64,000 nucleotides of DNA from Candidatus Latescibacterota bacterium (GTDB taxonomy: Bacteria; Latescibacterota; UBA2968; UBA8231): NCBI GenBank assembly GCA_965197905.1, contig CBDAOB010000003.1:448001-512000 (forward strand), read 5' to 3'. A program made the translations under genes and the position numbers. The notes beneath the pieces are model-generated. The model ran no database searches. It had not been told where the DNA came from and saw only the letters and a list, made by a program, of their open reading frames with translations. Positions within the stretch are counted from its first letter, which is position 1. Each line of letters begins with the position of its first letter. Shown here piece after piece: positions 1 to 9,114 of this stretch.

Positions 1-312
1 GACCACCAGGCGCCCGTCGCTGATCTGATCGAGCACCGCAAGGTCCTCGAGCATGCGTAGCGGTTCGTACAGGGGCGCAACGATCACCGCAGGGCCGAGC
101 TTGATGCTCGAGGTCTGGCCGGCCATGTAGGTTGCCATCGTCAGCGGCGAGGGGCACAGGCCGTAGTTCGAAAAATGATGTTCGGCGAACCAGGCTATCT
201 CGAACCCGCATGCCTCGGCTAGCTGAACCTGCTCGCGCATATCCGCATAGACCTCGCGGGTCGGCTTGTCCGGGCTGCGATTCGACATCAGGTTGAAGAG
301 TCCGAGGTGCAT
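1..312 (-). CDS. Luciferase-like (LLM class) flavin-dependent oxidoreductase, N-terminal part; runs off the left edge
   Basis: Not in the ORF track. Manual minus-strand translation from ATG at 312: MHLGLFNLMS...AEACGFEIAWFAEHHFSNYGLCPSP...IKLGPAVIVAPLYEPLRMLEDLAVLDQISDGRL. Shows the LLM W-x-AEHH and LD-x-SDGR motifs. Confidence 0.88.
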   Translation of the reverse strand, partial: MHLGLFNLMSNRSPDKPTREVYADMREQVQLAEACGFEIAWFAEHHFSNYGLCPSPLTMATYMAGQTSSIKLGPAVIVAPLYEPLRMLEDLAVLDQISDGRLVV

Positions 313-473
313 GGCGGTCTCCCGGTGAACGTCTTGGCGGGGTCGGGCGGTCCCGACGTCGATCGGGACAGTACCGTCAACCCCGTCGACTGATCATAGC
401 CTATGTTTTGAGCAGAGGGGCGTCAACACGGAATTCGCAGCGCCTGAGCCCGAAATCACCGTCCAGACTCGCG

Positions 474-1430
474 TCAGATGGCAGGCAACCCGTGCTCTTG
501 CCTTACGCTGTTGATCGTCTCCTTGATCCCCCGTTCCATCGACCACTCGGAGCGATAGCCGATCTCCTCCTCCACGGGGCCGGTGTCCAACTTAACGGGG
601 TCTCCGGTAAAGCTGCCGGGCAGCAACGTGATCGCAGCGTCGGGAATGATCTCTCTCACGTAGTCGGCGACCTCTTTCAGAGTGCGGGGATCCCCCATGA
701 TGGAAAAATTTCTCGTCTTTGTCCTGTGCACCGTGCTGGCCAGCACGGTCGCTCGAGCCGGATCATCCACATAGCTCCAGCCGATGAGGGCGTCGTCATA
801 AGGAACTCGACCGGGCTTGCCCATTGCCGGATTCAAGACGAGCTCCCGGACCACGGCGCCGAATACTCCCCGGCTCTGGCCGACACCGTAGACCGTCTGA
901 TACCTGATCCCCGTGATGTCCACGCCATACTGATCAAAGTAATAGTTCGATGCGGATTCACCGAAAGATTTGGTCGCCGCGTAGATATTCGATGGATCAT
1001 GCATGGCATCGTTCGGAATGAACTTCTGAGGATACTTCTCGGGCGGGCCAAAGACGGAGTTCGAGCTCGACCATACCACCTTTTTCAGCCCGAGAATCCT
1101 GGCGGCTTCGAACACGCAGATGGTCCCTTCACAGTTGACCTTCAGGGCCATGGGAGGGTTTGCATTCGCTTCCAGGGTCAGCAGAGAGGCCGTGTGAATG
1201 ATCCTCTCGATACGGTGTTTCGTAATCGTGCGGATGAGATGAGGCAGGTCAGTGACATCACCCTGGACGATAGTGACCATGCTTTCTACTTCGCGGTCAT
1301 TGAGAACCCGCTCCAGAAACGGTATAGACGGTTGCCAGTCATAAACGACCACTTGCCGACCTTCGCGAACCAGGTCGCGAACGATGCGTGATCCAATGAG
1401 ACCCGTGCCACCCGTAACCAGGTAAGTCAT
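474..1430 (-). CDS. NAD-dependent epimerase/dehydratase (extended SDR)
   Basis: LVTGGTGLIG Rossmann motif, HTAS, SSS and YAATK catalytic motif. Start trimmed to MTYLVTGG. Confidence 0.9.
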   Translation of the reverse strand: MTYLVTGGTGLIGSRIVRDLVREGRQVVVYDWQPSIPFLERVLNDREVESMVTIVQGDVTDLPHLIRTITKHRIERIIHTASLLTLEANANPPMALKVNCEGTICVFEAARILGLKKVVWSSSNSVFGPPEKYPQKFIPNDAMHDPSNIYAATKSFGESASNYYFDQYGVDITGIRYQTVYGVGQSRGVFGAVVRELVLNPAMGKPGRVPYDDALIGWSYVDDPARATVLASTVHRTKTRNFSIMGDPRTLKEVADYVREIIPDAAITLLPGSFTGDPVKLDTGPVEEEIGYRSEWSMERGIKETINSVRQEHGLPAI

Positions 1431-1696
1431 GACCGATGCCCCTTTTCCGGAGTTCCCCGGATGAGATAGATTCGCCAGAGTTGAGCTGAGCTGTTTCGAT
1501 CTAAGACAGCGTCTCAAGGCGGAGGGGTGGTGCGTACGATTCGAGGAATTCGTCCCCACCAGGCCATGGGACGCAGGCGTAGCCTACATCACATCCTCGA
1601 CACAGCCCGATCCCCGCTCGATACTATCCATTCGTAGTACGATTACGAGCCTTATGCCGATTTTGATCGGGAACGTTTAAAGAATAACGGCGGACA

Positions 1697-2824
1697 ATGA
1701 AACTAAACACTAGGCTTAAAAGAGTTTTATGTGGACTTGGATTGTTGGTCTCAATCGTTGTGGTGGGAATAGGACTGATTTTAAATAGCGCCCCTTTTGG
1801 TGGTAAAATCTCAGGTATACGCTTAGAACGGATCAAGGCAAACCCACACTATGAAAAGGGCGAATTCGTCAATGTAGAGCCTCAGACCCCGATGGAAGTT
1901 ACCTGGGATTCCGTTAAAGAGCAATTTTTCGGTGACCCGCTTCGAACGCCACAAGCACCCATTCCAGTCATCGAGATCGAACCTGAAACACTAGAAACCC
2001 CTCCCAAGCAAGGTTTGAGGGCGATGTGGATTGGTCATGCCGGTGTCCTCATCGAAATTGATGGTCACCGCTTTCTAATTGATCCTGTATTCTCAGAATA
2101 CGCCTCTCCTTTTGATTATATTGGGCCTAAGCGTTTCCATCCTCCGCCCGTTGCTCTAAAGGACTTAATCAATATTGATGCGGTCATGATTTCTCACGAC
2201 CACTATGATCACCTAGATATGTCCACTATAGAGCATCTGTCCCCACAGGGAACTCTATTTTTTGTGCCTCTAGGAATTGGAGCCCATTTAGAGAGGTGGG
2301 ATGTTCCTGATTCTCAGATTTTCGAACTTGAATGGTGGGAAGTCCAAAAATTGGGAAGCTTAACAATTGTATGTACGCCCAATCGTCATTATTCTGGCCG
2401 AGGCCTGTTCGATTATAAGGCTACGTTATGGTCTTCTTGGTCAGTGCTTGGCCCTGAGCACCGATTTTTCTTCAGCGGGGATACAGGCTACTCTAAGCTC
2501 TTTCAAGAAATTGGTGATAAATTCGGCCCATTTGATTTAAGCATCATCAAGGTCGGAGCTTACGGCCCAGGTGCCTCGTGGTTGGACATCCACATGACCC
2601 CCGAAGATGCCATCAAGGTCCACTTGGAAATTCGAGGAAAGCGCATGCTGCCGGTTCATTGGGCTACATTCGACATGGCCCTTCACCCTTGGGACGAACC
2701 AATTAAACGAGCCCTAGTTGCTGCAGAAGAAAACAATGTCGAATTGGTGACGCCTCGTATTGGAGACGTGGTTGCAACAGGACAGCCTTTTAGTTCCACC
2801 AATTGGTGGGAGCGCGTGAAATAG
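1697..2824 (+). CDS. MBL-fold metallo-hydrolase (NAPE-PLD/RomA-like) with N-terminal membrane anchor
   Basis: WIGHA, IDPVFS, SHDHYDHLD (HxHxDH), GDTGY and PVHWATF motifs; hydrophobic N-terminus. Confidence 0.9.
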   Translation: MKLNTRLKRVLCGLGLLVSIVVVGIGLILNSAPFGGKISGIRLERIKANPHYEKGEFVNVEPQTPMEVTWDSVKEQFFGDPLRTPQAPIPVIEIEPETLETPPKQGLRAMWIGHAGVLIEIDGHRFLIDPVFSEYASPFDYIGPKRFHPPPVALKDLINIDAVMISHDHYDHLDMSTIEHLSPQGTLFFVPLGIGAHLERWDVPDSQIFELEWWEVQKLGSLTIVCTPNRHYSGRGLFDYKATLWSSWSVLGPEHRFFFSGDTGYSKLFQEIGDKFGPFDLSIIKVGAYGPGASWLDIHMTPEDAIKVHLEIRGKRMLPVHWATFDMALHPWDEPIKRALVAAEENNVELVTPRIGDVVATGQPFSSTNWWERVK

Positions 2825-2991
2825 ATTAATGTAACGAAATTCACACCTAGGCATTCGGCTTTCCGAAGAGACATCGCAGGCTCGAGCGCTCGCCGAAATA
2901 TTGGCTCGAATCAAACGTTTACGTTATTACTTACTAAAGAATTCCGGTGAACACCGTTGGCATCTTGATCCCACTCTTCTAGTCCCTTGAT

Positions 2992-3920
2992 ATGAATGCT
3001 CTCTTTTTTCACGAACACGGCGACGCCGATGTACTGATGTACGGAGACGTGCCCGAGCCGCAAGCGGCTGCCCTGGAGTGTGTCGTTCGATTGCGGGCGG
3101 CCGCCTTAAACCATCTGGACGTATGGGTGCGACGAGGATGGCCTGGCCTCAAGCTCGCCCTGCCCCACATCGGTGGAGCGGATGGCGCGGGTGAGATCGT
3201 AGCCGTCGGTACAGAGGTGGAGGAGTTCCGCGAGGGCATGCGGGTAGCCATCTGTCCCGGTTTTGCCACCGGCGACGATGAATTCACCCGGCGCGACGAG
3301 GCCCCCCTGAGTCCGTCGTACCGCATTTTGGGCGAGCACACGACAGGCACCTTTGCCGAATGTTGGTGACCCAGGCCGGCCTTAAGCGGGGGGAGACCGT
3401 GCTGCTTGTTGGCACGGGTGGCGGGGTAAACACAGCAGCACTTCAGATTGCGAAACAAATAGATGCTAGCGTGATCGCTTTGACTAGCTCAGACCGCAAA
3501 ATGAATCAGGCCCGCGAGTTGGGGGCCAATCACGTCCTTGACTACAATGCCGGCGACTGGGTGAAAAGAATCAAGGAACTAACCAATCGTCGAGGAGCTG
3601 ATATTGTAGTGGACAATGTTGGGCAAGCCACTCTACAAAAGAGTTTGGAAGCAGCCTGCCGCGGCGGGCGCATCGTAATTGTAGGAAACACGACGGGGCC
3701 AAAGGCCGAGATTGATATTCGCTACATCTTCTCTAAGCAGCTACGCGTAATTGGGTCGACCATGGGTACCTTGCACGAGTTCCGCAGTGTGATGCAATTG
3801 GTATGGAGGGGTGAGCTTCAGCCAATCATAGACCGGGTGCTCCCTCTCAGCGATGGGGGAGAGGCACACAAGGTGATGGAACGAGGAGAACAGTTTGGCA
3901 AAATTGTATTATCTGTTTGA
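2992..3920 (+). pseudogene. MDR-family (zinc-binding alcohol dehydrogenase / quinone reductase-like) oxidoreductase, split by an internal deletion plus frameshift at about 3360
   Basis: ORF 2992-3369 is the GroES-like half (ALNHLD, PHIGGADGAG, GEHTTGTFAE). ORF 3360-3920 is the Rossmann half (GTGGGV, DNVG, GSTMG, QFGKIVL). The linker normally between them (about YVVVP...AAA.P..F.TAWR) is missing. Confidence 0.75.
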
Positions 3921-3988
3921 ACGTGAAATATGGATAGAGAAGTCGTTCTGGTGACGTTGCCGCTTATATCGTGAAGCCGAATACACCG

Positions 3989-4906
3989 ATGGCAAACCCG
4001 GAAACCGAACGCGTTGAAAAAATGCTGCGGGAGCACGACTACGTCGCTGATCCCGCCATCTCCATGTCCATCCACCTGGCCCGGTTGCTGAACAAACCGC
4101 TCCTGGTCGAAGGGCCTGCCGGTGTCGGCAAGACCGAGATAGCCAAGGTGATGGCGCGCGCACTCGGGACGGACCTGATCCGACTGCAGTGCTACGAAGG
4201 CCTGGACACGAGCACGGCGCTGTACGAATGGAACTACCAGCGCCAACTGCTACAGATCCGCCTCGAAGAAGGTGGCGACCGCTCCGTCGACGAGCGTCAG
4301 TCGCACATTTTCAGCGAGTCGTTTCTGCTCAAGCGGCCGTTGCTCGAGGCGATCACGAAGCAGCGGTCACCGGTGCTGCTCATTGACGAACTGGATCGCG
4401 CCGACGAGGAGTTCGAGAGCTTCTTGCTCGAACTGCTGTCCGACTGGCAGATCACCATCCCCGAGATCGGTACCATCGCGGCGACGTGCGTCCCCCACGT
4501 GGTCATCACCTCGAATCGCACCCGCGAGCTCTCGGACGCCATTCGCCGACGCTGCCTCTATCTGTGGATCGATTATCCCGATTTCGACAAAGAGCTGGCA
4601 ATCGTTCGCAGCAAGGTCGACGGTCTCGATGCACAGTTGGGCGAGCAGATCTGTCGCTTCATGGAGTCCGTCCGACACCAGAAGCTGGAGAAGGTGCCGG
4701 GTATCGCGGAGACGCTCGACTGGGCCAAGGCCCTCGTCGCCCTGCACCGCAACCATCTCGATGCAGACGTCGTGGAAGAAACCCTCGGCGTCGTCTTCAA
4801 AGACTGGACCGACGTGCGTCAGATGAAGACCTCCCTCGCCGAATTCCTCGAGGGGCTGGGCATCCGACCCAAAAGCGCACTAGCAGAAGCCGCAGATGGA
4901 GAATAA
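3989..4906 (+). CDS. coxD: MoxR-family AAA+ ATPase, CoxD-like
   Basis: Walker A GPAGVGKT, IRLQCYEGLD, Walker B LLIDELDRAD and RRRC; located in a cox cluster. Confidence 0.85.
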   Translation: MANPETERVEKMLREHDYVADPAISMSIHLARLLNKPLLVEGPAGVGKTEIAKVMARALGTDLIRLQCYEGLDTSTALYEWNYQRQLLQIRLEEGGDRSVDERQSHIFSESFLLKRPLLEAITKQRSPVLLIDELDRADEEFESFLLELLSDWQITIPEIGTIAATCVPHVVITSNRTRELSDAIRRRCLYLWIDYPDFDKELAIVRSKVDGLDAQLGEQICRFMESVRHQKLEKVPGIAETLDWAKALVALHRNHLDADVVEETLGVVFKDWTDVRQMKTSLAEFLEGLGIRPKSALAEAADGE

Positions 4907-6269
4907 CTGGTCTCAGAACCTGGCAGGGGCCGACGATCTGGCCTTTCGCGGGGAATTGAGCTCGAATGTCGTTGGTTTTTGCCGGCTGCTGCGTCGAGAA
5001 GGGTCTGGCGTGGGTTCGGCTGAAGCGGCAGATGCATTGCGGGCGTTGGAGACCGTTGATCTGGGTGAGGAGAGCCAGTTCTGCGCGGCGATGCGCGCCT
5101 GCCTCGCCAAGAGTCAGCGCGAGCTGGAGATATTCGACGCCCGTTTCAGCTCGTATTGGAAGGTGTGGCATCGTGCCGGTGAGCTCTTGCGCGGAGAAGC
5201 CCAAACAGAGGAAAATGCGAACACAGAGATGCCGCCCCCCTTGGCTCCGCAGCGACAACCTGCGCTCAAGTCCGTGACCGCCTGGCTCAAGGGTGAGAAG
5301 AACACCGAAGAGGAGGAGACGGCAGGCTACAGCCCGTTCGAAGTCCTGACACAGCGGGACTTCTCCGGCTTTCGCGCCGACGAGCTGGACGAGATCGCGC
5401 GCCTCGTCATGCTCATAGCCAGACAACTGGCCAAACGCTTCAACCGGCGCTATCGCGACAGCGCTCGCGGCGACAAGCTTGATGTCAGACGGACACTGAG
5501 GCGCAATCTGCGGCGCGGGGGCGAGTTGATCGACTTGAGCTTTCGCCGTCGCCGCCGCCGCAAGCTCAAGCTTGTGTTGCTGTGTGACGTCAGCCGCTCG
5601 ATGGACCTCTACAGCAGTTTCCTGATCCAATTCGTCTACGCCTTCCAGCTCGCCTATCGACGCGTTGAGACCTTCGCTTTCAGCACCTCGCTGCGCTGCA
5701 TTTCGGACACCCTCGACGGCGAGGATCTCGACGATGTGCTGGCGGCTCTTTCCCGCGACGTTCCACAGTGGTCGGGCGGTACGCGGATCGGCGTCTCGTT
5801 GCAGTCGTTTCTCGATGAGTACGGCGATTCGCTGCTCGATAACCAGACCGCCGTCATCGTGCTCAGTGACGGCTGGGACACGGGAGACATCGAGATTCTG
5901 CGCGATGCAATGCGCGATATCCATAGGCGGTCGCTTGCCGTCGTGTGGTTAAATCCGCTCCTCGGCTCCGAGGACTATCGGCCGGATACGAGAGGGATGC
6001 AGGCGGCGCTGCCGCACGTGGACGTCTTTGCACCGGCGCACAACGCCGCGAGCTTGAAAGAGCTGGCCACCATCATCGGACGCATTCACACCGGCAGGGT
6101 GCCGGAGCGTTTCGGCCTGTACGATCGCGAGGACCTGACGTTGGGCGAGGTGGTGAGTGTCGAAGAAACCCCCAGGCGACCGACCTCCGCCGACAATCTG
6201 AAAGCGCTGGCAAGGCAAAGGCAGGAGCAACGGGAGATTGCCGGCCGCGGAGGGCACGCTTCGCTCTGA
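4896..6269 (+). CDS. coxE: CoxE-like VWA-domain protein
   Basis: MIDAS DVSRSM, WSGGTRIG, LSDGWDTG and WLNPL motifs; overlaps coxD. Confidence 0.85.
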   Translation: MENNWSQNLAGADDLAFRGELSSNVVGFCRLLRREGSGVGSAEAADALRALETVDLGEESQFCAAMRACLAKSQRELEIFDARFSSYWKVWHRAGELLRGEAQTEENANTEMPPPLAPQRQPALKSVTAWLKGEKNTEEEETAGYSPFEVLTQRDFSGFRADELDEIARLVMLIARQLAKRFNRRYRDSARGDKLDVRRTLRRNLRRGGELIDLSFRRRRRRKLKLVLLCDVSRSMDLYSSFLIQFVYAFQLAYRRVETFAFSTSLRCISDTLDGEDLDDVLAALSRDVPQWSGGTRIGVSLQSFLDEYGDSLLDNQTAVIVLSDGWDTGDIEILRDAMRDIHRRSLAVVWLNPLLGSEDYRPDTRGMQAALPHVDVFAPAHNAASLKELATIIGRIHTGRVPERFGLYDREDLTLGEVVSVEETPRRPTSADNLKALARQRQEQREIAGRGGHASL

Positions 6270-6335
6270 CGCCCGTGGTTTTCGATTTGAATCCGTTTTG
6301 GACCCAGGCTCAATTCTACTGATGTGTTGTTGCGA

Positions 6336-6935
6336 TTACGGCCTGAGGTCGCGGTATGTCTGTGGCGTGTCGACGTCGGTCAGGATTCCAGCGTTGTCAG
6401 CACCTACCTCGACGACCCACTTTGGGTGAGCGTCAATGACCGGCCTGGCGCCGCGGTCACCCGATAACGACAACAACTCATCGCGAAGACCTCTTCCGAA
6501 CAACACCGGATGACCTCGCTGGCCATCCTTCACCGGGAGGACGATAGTTTCGGGACCCGCTTCGACCATGCGTTCGCAGAGGCCAGTGACTGTCTTCTCG
6601 TCGATCTCGGGCATGTCGCCGAGAGCGACGAGATAGCCGCTTACAGTCGTAGCACAGGTTTCGATGCCGCGGCGCAGCGACGATGCCATGCCCTTGTCGA
6701 ACCGCTCGTTGACCACTGCGTGGACGGGATAGCCGCGTAGCGCCGTTTCCACTTGTTCGCTCTGGTGTCCCACGACCACGACCACCTCGTGCAGCGACGC
6801 GGCAACCAGGGTCTCGACGACCGTTTCGATAATGCGCTTGCCCCGCCAGGGCAGCAACAGCTTGTTCTCCGCTCCCATGCGGCTCGAGCGACCGGCGGCG
6901 AGAACGACAGCTGAGATCTGATATGATTCTGACAA
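6336..6935 (-). CDS. mocA: Molybdenum cofactor cytidylyltransferase (MocA-like)
   Basis: LAAGRSSRMG-x-NKLL, GMASSL, LGDMP, GHPVLF, GDRGAR and DVDTP motifs; cox context. Confidence 0.85.
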   Translation of the reverse strand: MSESYQISAVVLAAGRSSRMGAENKLLLPWRGKRIIETVVETLVAASLHEVVVVVGHQSEQVETALRGYPVHAVVNERFDKGMASSLRRGIETCATTVSGYLVALGDMPEIDEKTVTGLCERMVEAGPETIVLPVKDGQRGHPVLFGRGLRDELLSLSGDRGARPVIDAHPKWVVEVGADNAGILTDVDTPQTYRDLRP

Positions 6936-6943
6936 AAGCGGAG

Positions 6944-7987
6944 TTATGTAGAACCTGAGCGCCTCACGGCGATCACTTCAGCCATGATGCTGAGCGCGAT
7001 CTCTGCCGGGGTCTCGGCGCCGATGTCGAGGCCGACAGGCCCTTTGATGAGGTCGATTGCGTCATCTGAAAACCCCGCTTCCTGCAGCCGAACGCGACGC
7101 TTGGTGTGGGATTTGCGACCCCCCAGCGCGCCTATGTAGGCCACCGGCGCTTTGAGGAAGAAGTGCAGGGCTTCATCGTCGATTTTGGGGTCGTGACTGA
7201 GAACGATGCAGTAGCTGTCTTCGTTGAGGTCCCATTCCGACAGGACCGCCCGCGGCCATTTCGGGTGCAGTTGCGTCGGCTGCACCGGAAACCGCTCGGG
7301 CTTGGCAAACACCTCGCGGGGATCGATGACAACGGTGTCCAGATTGAGGAGATGCGCGTATTGCACCAGTGGTAGAGCGATGTGCCCCGCCCCTATGATG
7401 AGCAGTTGCCCGCGCCGCGGAAACACATGCGCGAAGACCGCCTCCCCCTCCAACTGGGTTACCTCGCTCTCACGCCGCTCGTACGCGGCGACCGCCGCCG
7501 ACTTCGCGCTCTCCGTGGCGGCACCCCAGTCTCCGATGACTTTACCGTCGGGCGATACGAGCAGGTGTGGTGTCGCTGCCGCGCCCAACCGGGTCAGGAG
7601 TATCGCCGGTCGATTGGACTCGACCCGCGCTCGCAACGCCTCCCAGACCTTGCCGCTGGTGTACCCACTCGATTGCGGGAGGTGTCTCTCGACGAACACC
7701 GAGACCTCTCCTCCGCACGTCAGGCCTACGGACCACGCCGCCTCGTCGTCTACACCGTAGGACAGCTTCTTCGGAATCCCCGTCGCCAGCACTTGCAGCG
7801 CTTCTTCGATCACCGCTCCCTCGATGCAGCCGCCACTGACCGAGCCGGCAATTCGCATGGAGTCATCGACGATCATGGCCGACCCCACGGCTTGTGGTGA
7901 CGAGCCCCAGGTCTCGACGACACGCGCCAGGGCAAACGGCCTTCCATCCCCGTTCCACTCGATCAGCTCGCTCCAGATGTCTCGCAT
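6944..7987 (-). CDS. xdhC: XdhC/CoxI-CoxF family Moco insertion chaperone
   Basis: TWGSSP, GSVSGGCIEG, GLTCGG, HDPKIDD, YIGALG and GPVGLDIGAETPAEIALSI motifs. Start trimmed to MRDIWSE. Confidence 0.88.
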   Translation of the reverse strand: MRDIWSELIEWNGDGRPFALARVVETWGSSPQAVGSAMIVDDSMRIAGSVSGGCIEGAVIEEALQVLATGIPKKLSYGVDDEAAWSVGLTCGGEVSVFVERHLPQSSGYTSGKVWEALRARVESNRPAILLTRLGAAATPHLLVSPDGKVIGDWGAATESAKSAAVAAYERRESEVTQLEGEAVFAHVFPRRGQLLIIGAGHIALPLVQYAHLLNLDTVVIDPREVFAKPERFPVQPTQLHPKWPRAVLSEWDLNEDSYCIVLSHDPKIDDEALHFFLKAPVAYIGALGGRKSHTKRRVRLQEAGFSDDAIDLIKGPVGLDIGAETPAEIALSIMAEVIAVRRSGST

Positions 7988-8058
7988 CACGAATCTCTGC
8001 TTTTCACTTCTATTTGCGTCGATTAAGAGTCGAACGAATATACGCCCGCCACCCGCGA

Positions 8059-8087
8059 TTGACATACCCATATAACATTTATATAGT
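8059..8087 (+). promoter_or_regulatory. Sigma70-type promoter for coxG-S-L-M
   Basis: TTGACA (8059-8064), 17-bp spacer, TATAGT (8082-8087), in the AT-rich divergent intergenic region. Confidence 0.7.
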
Positions 8088-8165
8088 AGCCCCCTCGCAA
8101 CGTCCGCGGCTTCGGCCCCCTCAAGACCGTCGGCGCGAGGACGCTTCACGACAAGGACAGGCGGA

Positions 8166-8600
8166 TTGCATTTCGAAGGCAGCCACAAGCTCGAAGCAGA
8201 CGCAGAGTCGATCTGGAAGCTCCTCACCGATCCCGACGTAATCAGCCGCTGCACGCCGGGCGTCAAGGAGCTTAAGCCCCTTCAAGAGGACAAGTTCCAG
8301 GCCGTCTTCGACATCAAGATGGGTCCGATTAACAGCAGCTTCGACGGCACCATGGAAATGGCCGACAAAGTGCCGCCACAGCGGTACCGCTTGATCGTCA
8401 ACGTGAACGGCAAGATTGGAACCGTGGCGGCCGAAGGTACCTTCGATCTGGAAGCCCAAAACGGCGCAACGATCGTCTCCTTCGTTGGTGATGGCCAACT
8501 GACGGGTGTGCTCGCCCGCATGGGACAGCGCGTCTTGTCCGGCGTTGCCCGTTTGTTTACAAACCAGTTTTTCAAAGCACTCGAAGACGAGATTCCTTAA
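8166..8600 (+). CDS. coxG: CoxG / SRPBCC family protein
   Basis: W.LLTDP.VI.RC.PG and G.LA.MGQR patterns; size and position immediately before coxS. Confidence 0.85.
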   Translation: MHFEGSHKLEADAESIWKLLTDPDVISRCTPGVKELKPLQEDKFQAVFDIKMGPINSSFDGTMEMADKVPPQRYRLIVNVNGKIGTVAAEGTFDLEAQNGATIVSFVGDGQLTGVLARMGQRVLSGVARLFTNQFFKALEDEIP

Positions 8601-8643
8601 CCGGCTCCGGTTGGCACCGGAGTTCCCACGGGAGGTACACTCA

Positions 8644-9105
8644 ATGGCCGTACCGATTGAAGTAACCGTTAACGGGCAGACCCACCAACACGAGGTGGAG
8701 CCCCGAACCTTGCTCGTCAGCTACCTGCGTGAAATACTGGGACTCACCGGAACGCATGTAGGCTGCGATACCAGTAGCTGTGGCGCCTGCACCATCGTCG
8801 TCGATGGGCGGGCGGTAAAATCCTGCACTATGCTCGCGGTGCAAGCCGATGGCGCCGAGATCACCACGATCGAGGGGCTGGCCACCAACGGCGATCTCCA
8901 CCCGATCCAGCAGGGGTTCCGCGAGGAGCACGGCTTACAATGCGGATTCTGCACTCCGGGCATGATCATGACCGCGTGGCAGATTCTCGAGGATAATCCC
9001 AAACCGTCCGACGATGAAATCCGGCACGGGCTCGAAGGCAACTTCTGCCGCTGCACGGGTTACGACAACATTGTCCGCGCCGTTCAGCACGCGGCCAAGA
9101 GCTAG
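8644..9105 (+). CDS. coxS: [2Fe-2S] small subunit of a xanthine-oxidase-family enzyme (CoxS)
   Basis: [10 protein letters not shown]...KSC and QCGFCTPG...CRCTGY cluster ligands. Start trimmed to MAVPIEV. Confidence 0.92.
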   Translation: MAVPIEVTVNGQTHQHEVEPRTLLVSYLREILGLTGTHVGCDTSSCGACTIVVDGRAVKSCTMLAVQADGAEITTIEGLATNGDLHPIQQGFREEHGLQCGFCTPGMIMTAWQILEDNPKPSDDEIRHGLEGNFCRCTGYDNIVRAVQHAAKS

Positions 9106-9114
9106 GAGGAAGCC

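Noticed and set aside
408..1391. Long opposite-strand or alternate-frame ORFs (also 4797-5924, 8935-9663, 24495-25316, 31219-32133, 40780-41625, 53366-54214, 63276-63969)
   Set aside because: They shadow genes with clear family motifs and have no motifs themselves, as expected in GC-rich DNA.
3361..3369. TGA as selenocysteine or readthrough in the MDR gene
   Set aside because: The downstream half is in a different frame and a segment is missing, so readthrough would not restore the protein.
8088..8165. Moco/Wco riboswitch before coxG
   Set aside because: The leader is short, and I cannot see the conserved Moco-RNA elements. Only generic hairpins are present.
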